Positions 9,578-31,111 of a stretch of 64,000 nt of DNA are shown piece by piece. The translations under genes were made by a program, and so were the position numbers. The stretch comes from Octopus bimaculoides. Taxonomy: Eukaryota. The stretch lies in contig NC_068988.1 in assembly GCF_001194135.2 (NCBI RefSeq), positions 42,301,443-42,365,442 of the forward strand, in the 5' to 3' direction. Position 1 is the stretch's first letter. The number at the start of each line of letters is the position of its first letter. The notes under the pieces are model-generated. The model was not told where the DNA came from and did not search any database. It saw only the letters and a list, made by a program, of their open reading frames with translations.

Positions 9578-12556
9578 TAAAGAGTATCTATAATACATTG
9601 CTTGCTTGCTTGCAATGTTACACAACCAAACTGGCACATAATGGAAAAAATACTTTGAAAGTAAAGTAAGTGCCCCTGAAATCTGAATACGAACAGAATA
9701 AAACAAGTTTCACATAAATCAGACAAGTAGCTGAAATATTCGGGGTTTTGTGGTATGAATACCCAAAACAGTGCATAACAGGAAAATACTCCAAAAATAA
9801 CTCTGAAAGGGAAGAAACTCTAACCTTTCCATTAGACACATTATGATGGGCAAAATATTTTTTAAGTGAAAATGACTTTAAAAATATGATAAATATTTCG
9901 TAAAAGACAAGTTTGTAACCGCAGTGTGGAAAAGTTTTTTTTTCCAAAGGTTTCTTTCGAGTGCACTCAACATACCTCACCTCCAAAGATTTGGCTGCTA
10001 TTTCTAACACGCCCTGCCACTATGTAACAGCTATTTGTGATAAAGGACCCAAAATACCTCTTACATGGTAGCAGGACGTGCAAGAAATAGCAGTGAAATC
10101 TTCCCTTTACTGGGAAAAGGAGCTGTTTACGCATTATTTTGATGTCACATTCATTGAAAGCGTGCGAAATAACATGGAAAAGAAAAAAAAAACCCACAGA
10201 ACAAAACTCCTTTGCTGGGGAACTCAGACTTCCCCAGTGACCCAACGGGTTGTGGGTAGTCTAGTCTAGTGCATCATGATAGATCGCTGACCACTACATT
10301 TATATCTTTTTTCTCCTTGTTTCTTTCGGTTGAAGAGCATAGCTCGAAACATCATAAACTTTCTCTATTCCCGAGCGTTAAACTAATACATCCATTTGTT
10401 GTTTACACCACCGGTCTTCGTCTGTTGTTTTTTTCATAAATTCTCCCATATATATATATGAGAAAATTGATAGTTTTGTCAACCTCAATATTTGACTGGT
10501 ACTTGATTTATAAACTCCAAAAGAATGAAAGTTGGCTATAGCAGGATTTGAACTGAGGACAAAGAATGGATCTAAGTAATTGCTGTTAGGAGTTGATTGA
10601 ATGTTGCACCAATTCTAAAAATTTGAAATTTTAGCATGAAAAATTATCATCATCATTTTTACATCAACCTTTCCATGCTGACATGGTTCAGACAGAATTC
10701 TGTTAAGATGGATTTTCTTACAGCCTGATGCCTTTCCTGTCACCAATCTTCAACTACTTCCAAGGTAATATTTCCCTGTAATCAGACATGTTTTCACAGA
10801 GGATCTGGAACAAAGGACATCACTTGCATGACAGTGATATTCATTCACAGCAATCATTGGATGTTGAGGCAAAAACAAAGTAACACACACGACTTTGGTC
10901 AACCTGGGGCTGTAATAGAAGATATCTGCACAAGGAGCCATGCAGTGGGATTGAACCAAGAACCATGAGGTTGGGAAGCAAACGTCTTACCACATAGCCA
11001 ATACCTGTGCCTACAAGTGGTTAGAATCAACTCAGAAAGGTAATGGCAAACATTTTTGCCTAACGTTCAACCAATTCAACAATCAGCTCTCCTATCAATA
11101 ATTTTTTAAATAAGCATCTTTTTGCGTGTGGTAAAATTATTTGTATCACGTCATCAAAATGATATCTTGTAAAAAAAAATACCCAAAGGAAAGTAATAGA
11201 AAACAACCATATTTTTCCACAAAAATTCCAAGGCAAAAACATGGTGCTAATCAGAGAATTTACTAGGTTGTATTCATTGACCTGATGGCACAGAGAGAGA
11301 AAAAAAAAACAAACAGCACAAGTCCATAATATTTGTAGAGTGATCAATTTATTGATCCTAGTACTTAAATACCAGGAAAAGACAAAAGACAAAAGAAAGT
11401 CAACTGAGTCAAAATGTTGTATCAAAGAAGGGAGACAACCGAAAGCCATCAAAGACATTTATTTAGTCAAATAGTTTCTGGGTATTTTATTGATCATTTT
11501 TGTATTTTCCCCAATGATGCAAAATAAAAGACAAAGAAAAGGCTTTTTATACAACTGAAACTAAACGTTTATTGAGCCAAAGGAAACAAAAAAAAAAAAA
11601 AAAGCAGTAAAATTTCGAACGAAAAGTAAAGAGAGAGAGAGTATTCATGTAAATGTTTTTGTTTTGACAAAGAATTTTCTCAAACTGCACTCATTAGTAC
11701 CATTCATTGCCAATATTTGGTAGAATTTTAAATAGACAGACTTTCTTAGCAAATGAATGACTAAACAACAATTTTTAAGTGTTCATATTGAAATTAAAAC
11801 CTTCCATCACATTTGGGTCCCAAACAACAGCTACAAAATGAAAAGGAAAATTGTTTTACTAAATACCTCCAAATTCTTCTTATTTTTTTAAAATGTCAGT
11901 GTTTAATTACAAATATGGTCAAAGAGGGTTATTCCATTTACAGAATATTAACAGGCATGTTTAGACAATTCTAACCATATAGTAAATACTTTAACACAGA
12001 CACGCATGTGTATATTTGTATGCATGTGTGTATATATATATATATGTCTGTATGTATGTATACACACACACAAACACAGATCTATAAAACACATGCACTT
12101 TGCATGTGAAGTAGCTCAGTAGAATATCAAGTTCACATTAACAGTGTTAGTAGTAATCTGCAATAAGCACCAAATAGAGATTATGGTCTAATTAAACTGT
12201 ATGACTCTTAAGATATCACCTTACCTCAAGCTATCCTCAAGATTATCAAGCTATCATTAAGATATTAATCTATTTTTAATATATATCAAGCTATCCTCAC
12301 GTTATCAAGTAATTATACTCATCAAAATATCTTACCACCATAGAAACAATATCCAAATGGTGTCAGCTATATCTTATCACCTCATTTACTCAGAATATCA
12401 AATATCAGCAATGAAAGCAATAATATTAATAATCCTTAATAGCAGTACTTGTCTTCTTTATGTTTTAGAGATTTTTCTTTGTTTTGATGTGATAAAGGTT
12501 CATTTTGATAATGTCTTATTTTTGGATTTGTTGTTGTTTTTCAGTTTTTCATTCAC

Positions 12557-23008
<10,452 letters not shown>

Positions 23009-23100
23009 GTTTACTTCTCCTAGCGGTGGTCGTCTCACATCCAATTACTTCCGCTGGCAAGAGGAGATAACCTCGTAGAAAGTCTACGAAAATTGCCAAA
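23009..23100 (-). promoter_or_regulatory. Putative COPS5 core promoter / short 5' UTR
   Basis: Locally CpG-rich segment just upstream of the ATG, with an ETS/GABP-type GCGGAAGT (ACTTCCG at 23047-23053 on +) and a CCAAT box (23041-23045). Confidence 0.55.
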
Positions 23101-26100
23101 TCATGTAATAAGTATTATGTTATTATATTCGTAGTCGCTAAACCTCTTTCTGAAATTACACCTTTCTGTCTTATAAAAATAATCTTTTCTACTTACTATA
23201 AGCACAAGGCCTAAAACTTTGTGGGGAAGATTCTAATCGATTTCATCGACTCCAGTGCTCAACTGGTATTTATTTTATCGAACATTAAAGGATAAGAGAC
23301 CAAAGTCGACTTCGGCCGAATTTGAACTCAGAACGTAAAGACAGACGAAATGCCGCTAAGTATTTTGTCCAACATGCTAACGATTCATCCATCTTACTAT
23401 CTTTATCTTACAAAAATAACACATATTATAATGTTTTTCTAAATATCCCTCCTGAAAACACATGATCATTATTGGAAGAGTTTTCATCATAAATGAAAGA
23501 CACCACTGACTTGGAGCTAAAGCATAACAAAGACGAGGGAGCCAGTATGTCTGAGTGCTTGAAATAGCACTCAAATCGTACCCTACTGTTGTAAGTGGAA
23601 GGACGTGTTTAATATTGTAGTCTTTGACATATCTCTAAGAAGAATGCGTAATCACGGCTGGATTACATTTGATTATAAATCTATTCAATCAGGTCTGACA
23701 ACACTGATTGACAAAATGACAGAAAGTAGATACATTTTGATATCTTGTAATGTATATCAGACATATGGCTACATATTAAGAAGGATGGATAGAGTCAATT
23801 AAGTTAACCCTGTTTTGTGACTGGTACTAATTTTATTGATCCTGGACTGAGTGGTGAATAGTTAATTCGATCTCAGAGGTATTGGAATACAGAAGGTAAA
23901 GGGACGTAACTAAATACATGACATTTTGACAAGCAGATGCGCTGACAAATGCACAGAATATTAAATATATTGAATTTAATAAATGATAATTTCTATTGTA
24001 GGTATAAACCTTTATTTATAGAAATCCTTCTCTACGTTTGTTATTTTATCAGATTTATTTTATTAACTGGATTTACTAATTTTTCATAGATGAGTTCTCT
24101 GCAAGTGGTACCAGCCTAACGTAAAAAAAAAAAACATAGAAAAGGTGATAGTGAACATTAGCGTACCAAATTAATTATAATGTTAAAGGAAAGCAATTTA
24201 ATTATTTTGTTGGCTTGTCCCCTCTTTGATTTTAATACTTTTTCGTAGTTGATCTCTTTACAAGTAGCAGCATTCTAACGTAGGAAGAAAAGAAAAGTAG
24301 CACAAAGGGCGATAGTGAATATTAAGGGTATCAAGTTAATCACCATATTAGAAAGAAACAGCTTGGATGTTTGTGTATATGTTTTGTCATTGGATCCCAG
24401 TCGTCAACCCAGAAATATATGAATCTGTTGTGGGATTAGACGAAAGTAACTGTTTACCCAGAAAATATGTAAGAGGTCAGAAGGCCACTGAGTTTTTGAA
24501 GAAACAGTTTGAAAGGTCTTAATGAACTTGTATATGTTGTTGAAAATGAAGTTCTCATTAATCAATATGCTCTGATTATTGGTGACATTCTTATGGTGAA
24601 ATACAGTTCTTACTACATGCATTTGATCCATTATATTGTGAATCATTAGAATTTTGCTAATCATCATCTACAGACAAACTATTGAGTCCTTTTGATCTCA
24701 TACTGAGAAAAACCTGAAACAAATGAACAGTACATCAGAAGATTATTTGATAAATTACTTGAATGCTAGTACATACTGATATGCAATGACAAATGATAGT
24801 AACTGAACATTCGAAAAACAATTCTTATTGTTAAACATGAACAATGTGTTCATTAACTATTTAGCTATATCATTGATTTGCTTTTGTTCATTAAACATAT
24901 AATTTTAGGATCTTTGTAAAATATACACCTATTTTAATAAACTGATTTCTAATTTGCTTTAAAGTTTGAGAGAAGAAGCGGTTGATTAGTTCTGTATTTG
25001 ATTGGTATTTATTTCATTGACCATAAAAGGAAAAGATGCAAAATTACCTAGGCAGGAATTTAACTCAGAAGGTAAAAAAGATGTAATTATAGCATTCACT
25101 CAATCTCAGATTCAGATAAATTATATTAAATATTGGTTTCAAATTTTAAGAAAAAGACCCAGTAAGCCAAGTGAAATTGTAGCTGTGGCCGATACTAGTG
25201 TCACATAACTGGCCCATTTAAAAGTACCCTTCAATCATCGACCAATATACTGTGCTTGAGAAGACCTGTTCAGTCAAGTGAAATCATTGTCATGGCCAAT
25301 ACCAGTGCCACCTGATTGGCTCCTGTGCCAGTGGCATGTAAAAAGCACTATTTGAGTGTGGTCGATGCCAGTATTGCCTGACTGGCTCACATGCTGGTGG
25401 CAAGTAAAAACCATCATTCAAGCATGGTCAATACCAATGCTTCCTGATTGGCCCCCCATGCCGGTGGCACATAAAAAGCACTCACTACATTCTCTGAGTG
25501 GTTGGCATTAGGAAGGGCATCCAGCTGTAGAAACCTTACCAGAACAAATTGGAGCCTGGTGCAGCCTCCTGGTTTGCCAGTCTTCAGTCAAACTGTCCAG
25601 CCTATGCCAGCATGGAAAACGGATGTTAAATGATGATGATGATGATGATGATGATGCAGCCATAAGGTCTGACAAGACATTGTAAAGCTAAATGCTTTAT
25701 GGACATGAAACCCTGGGTAACCCTATAAACTGGCTATAACTTATCTTTATCTAAATATTCTACTGCTCTATAATTTATAGTGGACTAAATATATATATAT
25801 GTATATATATATCGTCAGCGTATCATATATATCATCATCATCATCATCATTGTTTAACATCCCCTTTCCATGCTAGCATGGGTTGGACGATTTGACTGAG
25901 GACTGGTGAACCAGATGGTTACACCAGGTTCCAATCTGATTTGGCAGAGTTTCTACAGCTGGATGCCCTTCCTAACGCCAACCATTCCGAGAGTGTAGTG
26001 GGTGCTTTTACGTGCCACCAGCACTAAGGCCAGTCAGGCGGTACTGGCAACAGCCACTCTCAAAATGGTGTATTTTACGTGCCACCTGCACAGGAGCCAG

Positions 26101-26248
26101 TCCAGCGGCACTGGCAACGATCTCGCTCAAATGATTTTTCACATGCCACCAGCACAAGTGCCAGGAAGGCGATGTTGGTAGCGACCACACTCGAACGGTG
26201 CTCTTAGCGCTCCACTGGTACAGGTGCCATAGATATCATCAGTGTATC

Positions 26249-26289
<41 letters not shown>

Positions 26290-26630
26290 TAGAGGGTCAA
26301 GGGGATTAATTGAATGATTAAACAATCGATTAGTTAATTGGTTAAGTAGTCAACCAATAGACANNNNNNNNNNNNNNNNNNNNNNNNNNNNNNNNNNNNN
26401 NNNNNNNNNNNNNNNNNNNNNNNNNNNNNNNNNNNNNNNNNNNNNNNNNNNNNNNNNNNNNNNNNNNNNNNNNNNNNNNNNNNNNNNNNNNNNNNNNNNN
26501 NNNNNNNNNNNNNNNNNNNNNNNNNNNNNNNNNNNGTGTATGGCTTTTTCAAATAAATTACGTAGCAATCTTCTCTAACTACAGTTATCATATTCGGTTA
26601 AAATGTCTTATGGTTAAGCTGGTTCCTATG

Positions 26631-26722
26631 TATTTCCCTGAAGAGAAGATTACATCCTTATCAACATCACCTATTCCTATGGAAGGTATAATTTGTAATC
26701 TTCGAAACATATGTTGGAAATA
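26631..26722 (+). ncRNA. Type I hammerhead ribozyme, all core nucleotides intact
   Basis: Stem I TATTTCC(26631-37)/GGAAATA(26716-22); core CTGAAGA (26638-44); stem II GAAGATTACA(26645-54)/TGTAATCTTC(26694-703); GAAA (26704-07); palindromic stem III ACATATGT; cleavage triplet GUU ending at 26715. Confidence 0.85.
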
Positions 26723-27004
26723 AAAGAATTCATTTAACATATGCGTTTTACTCCAGTTACTAAATTTATATATTTACTCAAGTACCCAAAATAACAAGGA
26801 GTTTCTACCTCATAAACAGGAGTTACACCACAGTCATTTTGTGATCTTTGCTACCCTGGTATCTATTAACCAATTTATTTTGTCCGAGTTAATTATTAAC
26901 TTAGAGAAAATAAATACATATAATAAAATATATATATATATGTGTGTGTGTGTGTGTATGTATAGCAGCATCAGCACTAAGCAGTGATGAAGAATGGACT
27001 TTAG

Positions 27005-27168
27005 GTTAGTTAAAATATGCTTGTGATATATTTTAGTGTCTTAAAGGCAAATTCACTGCAGTTACTGCAGTAAAAAAATTATACCATGAGAGAATTTTTG
27101 TCTCCATGTTAACTGCAGTGAATTTGCCTTTAGAAGTTAAAATATGTCACAAACATATTTTAACTAAC
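27005..27168. mobile_element. 164-bp hairpin / MITE-like inverted repeat
   Basis: gttagttaaaatatgcttgtgatatatttta..aaaggcaaattcactgcagtta versus taactgcagtgaatttgccttt..taaaatatgtcacaaacatattttaactaac. Confidence 0.7.
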
Positions 27169-28299
27169 AAAAAGTTCATGTGTGTGTGTGTGCATTGCTA
27201 GGTTTCTTTCCTTGGCATTTTGCATAGTTCAGCCTACACAAGTGAATGTGTGATAAACAAAATAGAAATTTTGAAAGAAGTCACTCTGAAATTAGTTTTT
27301 AAGCATCAAGTGGCAATGGAGGTCCACCAGAATAGAATAGTAATCAAAAGGGTCTGTAGATAAAAAATGGTTGAGAATTGCTGGTTTAGTTGATCATATT
27401 GAACATAGTTGAACATAAATTCATGTACAAACACAGCCACACGCAAAACGTGTGTATGTATGATAAGCTTCGAATCAGTTTCTGCCTAGCAAATTTTACT
27501 CATAAATCATTAGTCAGCTGTAGCTGTATAGTAGAAGACACTTGTCCAGGTATCATACAGGTACACTGAACCCAGGTAAGATGATTGAGATCTTGGACTG
27601 ATGCTTTCTTCTAATTTTTAAAGGCACAGGTTGCTCTAAAAGGTTGATGGATTTGATGTAGACAAATAGAAAGACAAGATCAACATCTTTAATCAATTAG
27701 AAATCAAACTAGGTGGGGGTCTTGCGAGCATTGGATGTGGTGCTCACATGTGCACTAATGTCTCCAAACAGCTGTTGGAGATTTTATTTCCACTTCATAT
27801 CAGAGCACTTACTGTGAGAAATTAAAAATTTTTTCACATACTTCCATTCATGTGACACAGCTAGATGAATCTTGCAACTTTGAGCATTATGAAATGGTAA
27901 TGCTAGACTTTTGCCAATGTTACAAGCAGTTGGAAAAAAAATTATTTACATTCTTTTGGCTTGAAATCTTACATTTGTTCTCAAATTTTTTTGAAAATTG
28001 TATTCATCTGCTGGTACTATGTAAAAAGCACATTCTGTAAAGTGGTTGGTGTTAGGAAGGAAAACAGCTGTAAAAGTCATGCCAAAGCAAACAGTGGAGC
28101 TCGACAATTTTTTGTGTTTTTTTTGCTCTTCACCTCTGGGAGGCAGGAATCTGTTACAGTCATTTGATCAAAGAATCACCAAAGAATAAATACTCCAGGG
28201 TCAGAAGGACGGATTATCTCCCTTAGACCAGTTCATCTGGGCCAAATGAGGGGGGAACAGGGGATTTTCCCCTTGTGCTATTTTTAGACCATAAGGACC

Positions 28300-28500
28300 C
28301 TTCTGGATCTAATTGGAGGATAAGGAACCCCATGCTTGCAGCAGGTAGCGTTTGAAATGGATGCAAGAATTGTAAATTTCCTGGTGAGTATTCAGTGATA
28401 GAAGTTTTAGGAAGTTTTTGAGTATCCTTACTCGCTCAGCTATGTAAAGCTTGCAGTATTTGCTCTTGTTAATGTAGGGTCCTGGCCACATTATCCTTCA
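28300..28500 (-). mobile_element. Penelope-like GIY-YIG C-terminal fragment
   Basis: PYINKSKYCKLYIAERVRILKNFLKLLSLNTHQEIYNSCIHFKRYLL resembles the PLE endonuclease tail (PY...C.LC..E...IL....LLN.R.E....C.H..KYLL). Confidence 0.55.
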
Positions 28501-28734
28501 CATGATATTCAATATTATACAATATCCTTCATGTGATATTGTATTGGGTCCCTTCAACACTGAGGTGCCATACATGATTGGCTAGAGATGTGACAAATAA
28601 TCTTTCCAGAATTCTGAAAGTGGATCTGTGGTTGTACAGGTGCCATTTGAAGACCTAACAACTGCTACCATGGAAGATGGACATTAAATGATGAGGATGG
28701 TATATATATATAAGATATATAATATATTTCCAAG

Positions 28735-28970
28735 CAGTCACCCATGCATACCGGCCTCTCCTCTCCACGCTACCAGTGTTGTCCAAGGGAAAGGCAAAGG
28801 CCGATACAGCTTGGTACCAGTGACATCGCAACGCATTTCTACAGCTGAGTGAACTGGAGCAACGTGAAATAAAGTGTCTTGCTCAAGAATACAACACGCA
28901 GCCCTGTCCGGGATTCGAACTCACAACTTCACGATCGTAAGCTCGTCGCTCTAACCATTGAGCCATGCGC
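28735..28970 (-). mobile_element. tRNA-headed CORE-like SINE (family D)
   Basis: Minus strand ggcgcatggctcaatggttagagcg..gttcgaatcccggacagggctgcgtgttgtattcttgagcaagacactttatttcacgttgctccag; A/B boxes followed by a non-tRNA body. Confidence 0.7.
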
Positions 28971-28971
28971 C

Positions 28972-29019
<48 letters not shown>

Positions 29020-29519
29020 ATGCATAACACACACATATATAAATACATATTTAAATATTTATGTATATATATGTGTGTGTGTGTATTTTATTTCCTTCCC
29101 AACCACATGGTTCTGGGTTCAGACCCACTGTTTGGCACCTTGGGCAAATGTCTTCTACTACACCTTTGGGCCAACGAAGGCCCTTGTGGGGATTTGGTAG
29201 ACAGAAATTGAAAGAATCCCGTTGTACACACACATACATATGTATGAATATATTTACGCATTCATGTATGTATGTGTGAGTGTGTGTATATGTCTTTGTA
29301 TCTGTGTTTGTCCACCACCACTTGAAAACAGGTGTTGGCGTGTTTACGTCACTTATAATCTAGCGGTTCGGCGTAAAAGACCGATAGAACAAGTACCAGT
29401 CTTCAAAAATATTAATAAGTACTGCAGTTGATTTGTTCGACTAAAATTCATCAAGGCAGCTCCCCAGCATGGCCGCAGTCTAATGACAGAATGAAGCAAA
29501 AGATAGACGATATAAACAC

Positions 29520-29700
29520 ACTGGCCGAATCGTTGTTGTTCGGCTGAAGTTCCTAGTGCGTGTTGAACGTGAACGTCGGGGGCCGGCCGAGTCAGCTAGA
29601 CGTCATATGCTATCTCAGTGATCACGTGTCAGTGTTTATGATGGCGGCGGAGGGTAGCAGCAGAAGAAGCAGCTAAGCCGGAGCTGGAGTTGGTGGGAGA
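29520..29700 (+). promoter_or_regulatory. Putative ARFGEF promoter / TSS region
   Basis: GC- and CpG-rich island in AT-rich DNA. It holds CRE-like AGACGTCA (29598-29605), E-box TCACGTG (29622-29628) and a YY1-type GATGGCGGC (29640-29648) on the + strand, ~1.35 kb upstream of the ARFGEF ATG. Confidence 0.55.
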
Positions 29701-30987
29701 TATATACATACACACATAGACACAGAGGGGAAAAAAAAGCAAAAAGAAATCCCAAACAATCTGCAGACACCCAACAAACATTATATAACTACATATAATT
29801 TATCAATATTCTGCTTAGCTTATATATATATACGTATAAATATATCCACATATACTGAAATATATACACCTACCTAATCTCACTAACTCAGTTGTTACTT
29901 TACCTGACTGGATATTGTGAATTACACGAATATATATTTTTTTTCTGTTAACTTTCTACCACCTACGGAAAACACCTTAGCCAGGAAGAAGACGACTGTT
30001 ATTAACTATTATTGTTATTATTATTATTATTATCTCTCCCACTTAGAAGCGGATATCACATATCTATATACATATACACATATACCTATATATATATATA
30101 TTGTGTGTGTGTATGTATAACAGGGAGTGTGAAGAAGAAAACAGATAAACCGAAATTAAAAAGAAAATTCAACTGCTGCTACTACATATTAGATTAGGGA
30201 AGAGAGGGCGAAGAGAAACGGCATATAGTTATATCTATATATTTTTATAATTCTGAGTACCTACATAAACACGTACGTGAGTATATACATATGTACCGAT
30301 TTCCTGTCCACACACACCCGTATATAACATCTACATGCGCATACCTGTAATTATCTTTCTGTACACACACACACACATTACATATCTATATTCTACATAC
30401 CCGCATGACTATAGATACTACATTTCAACAGAAACCCTCCGTTCCTATCTATATATCTATCTATCTATATTCTACACAGGCTATACGTATACGCATTCAG
30501 TATATCAAAGCAATCATATAAACGTATGCAAATACAAGTAACACACCTGTATGTCTTCACACACACACACACATGTATATTCTGTATTATCCATTCATTC
30601 TATATATACACACCTTTTGTTCATATGTTCAACTCATTTGAACAAATTCGTATACTTAACACACCCATTCGTAGGCATATTCTATCTATCTATCTATCTA
30701 TCTACATACAGGTTTGCAGTCTGCTGCATGTCGTCTACGTACGCAACAAGAACTATAGGAACAACAATACTAAATCTATCCATCCACATAGTTTCCGATC
30801 GGGATCTTCCTCTTTCGTCATCATCATCATTATTCTCTTCACCACCACCACCACCAGCAAGCCAGTTCAATGTCATAACGGCCAACACCAATGCCCAACA
30901 TCTTTACACCATCAAGTACCTAGTAAGACCATTACTATTTTCATCGATGTCGTATCTTCCCAAATATCGGCCAGCTTCTTCTGAATT

Positions 30988-31111
30988 ATGCATGATACAG
31001 AAAAAGTAAAAGCCATGTTTTTAACCCGAGCACTTGAGAAAATCTTGGCTGACAAGGAAATCAAAAAGACATATCACACCCAGTTGAAGAAGGCCTGCGA
31101 AGTAGCACTCG
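30988..31111 (+). CDS. ARFGEF1: Brefeldin A-inhibited ARF guanine-nucleotide exchange factor (BIG1/BIG2 family), coding exon 1 (124 nt); rest of the gene not found in the window
   Basis: [41 protein letters not shown] matches the BIG1/BIG2 N-terminus (human BIG1 as recalled: [41 protein letters not shown]). Phase-1 donor GTACGT at 31112. A single invertebrate co-ortholog of ARFGEF1/2 is likely. Confidence 0.93.

Noticed and set aside
10325-10365. Fourth hammerhead-like motif (cggttga-a-gagc-atag-ctc-gaaac)
   Set aside because: The core is degenerate (no CUGA) and stems I and III do not pair in this copy; at most a decayed relic.
24378-24720. Possible CSPP1 or other exon between COPS5 and ARFGEF (short + ORF MFCHWIPVVNPEIY..; minus-strand acceptor near 24714)
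   Set aside because: All frames close quickly and I recognise no homology.
28900-28970. tRNA gene on the minus strand (also the tRNA-like heads at 9157 and 61248)
   Set aside because: A/B boxes are present, but the acceptor and anticodon stems do not close and the sequence runs into a SINE body.
23009-29640. Single shared bidirectional promoter for COPS5 and ARFGEF
   Set aside because: Two separate CpG-rich islands ~6.5 kb apart, with repeat-filled DNA between them.
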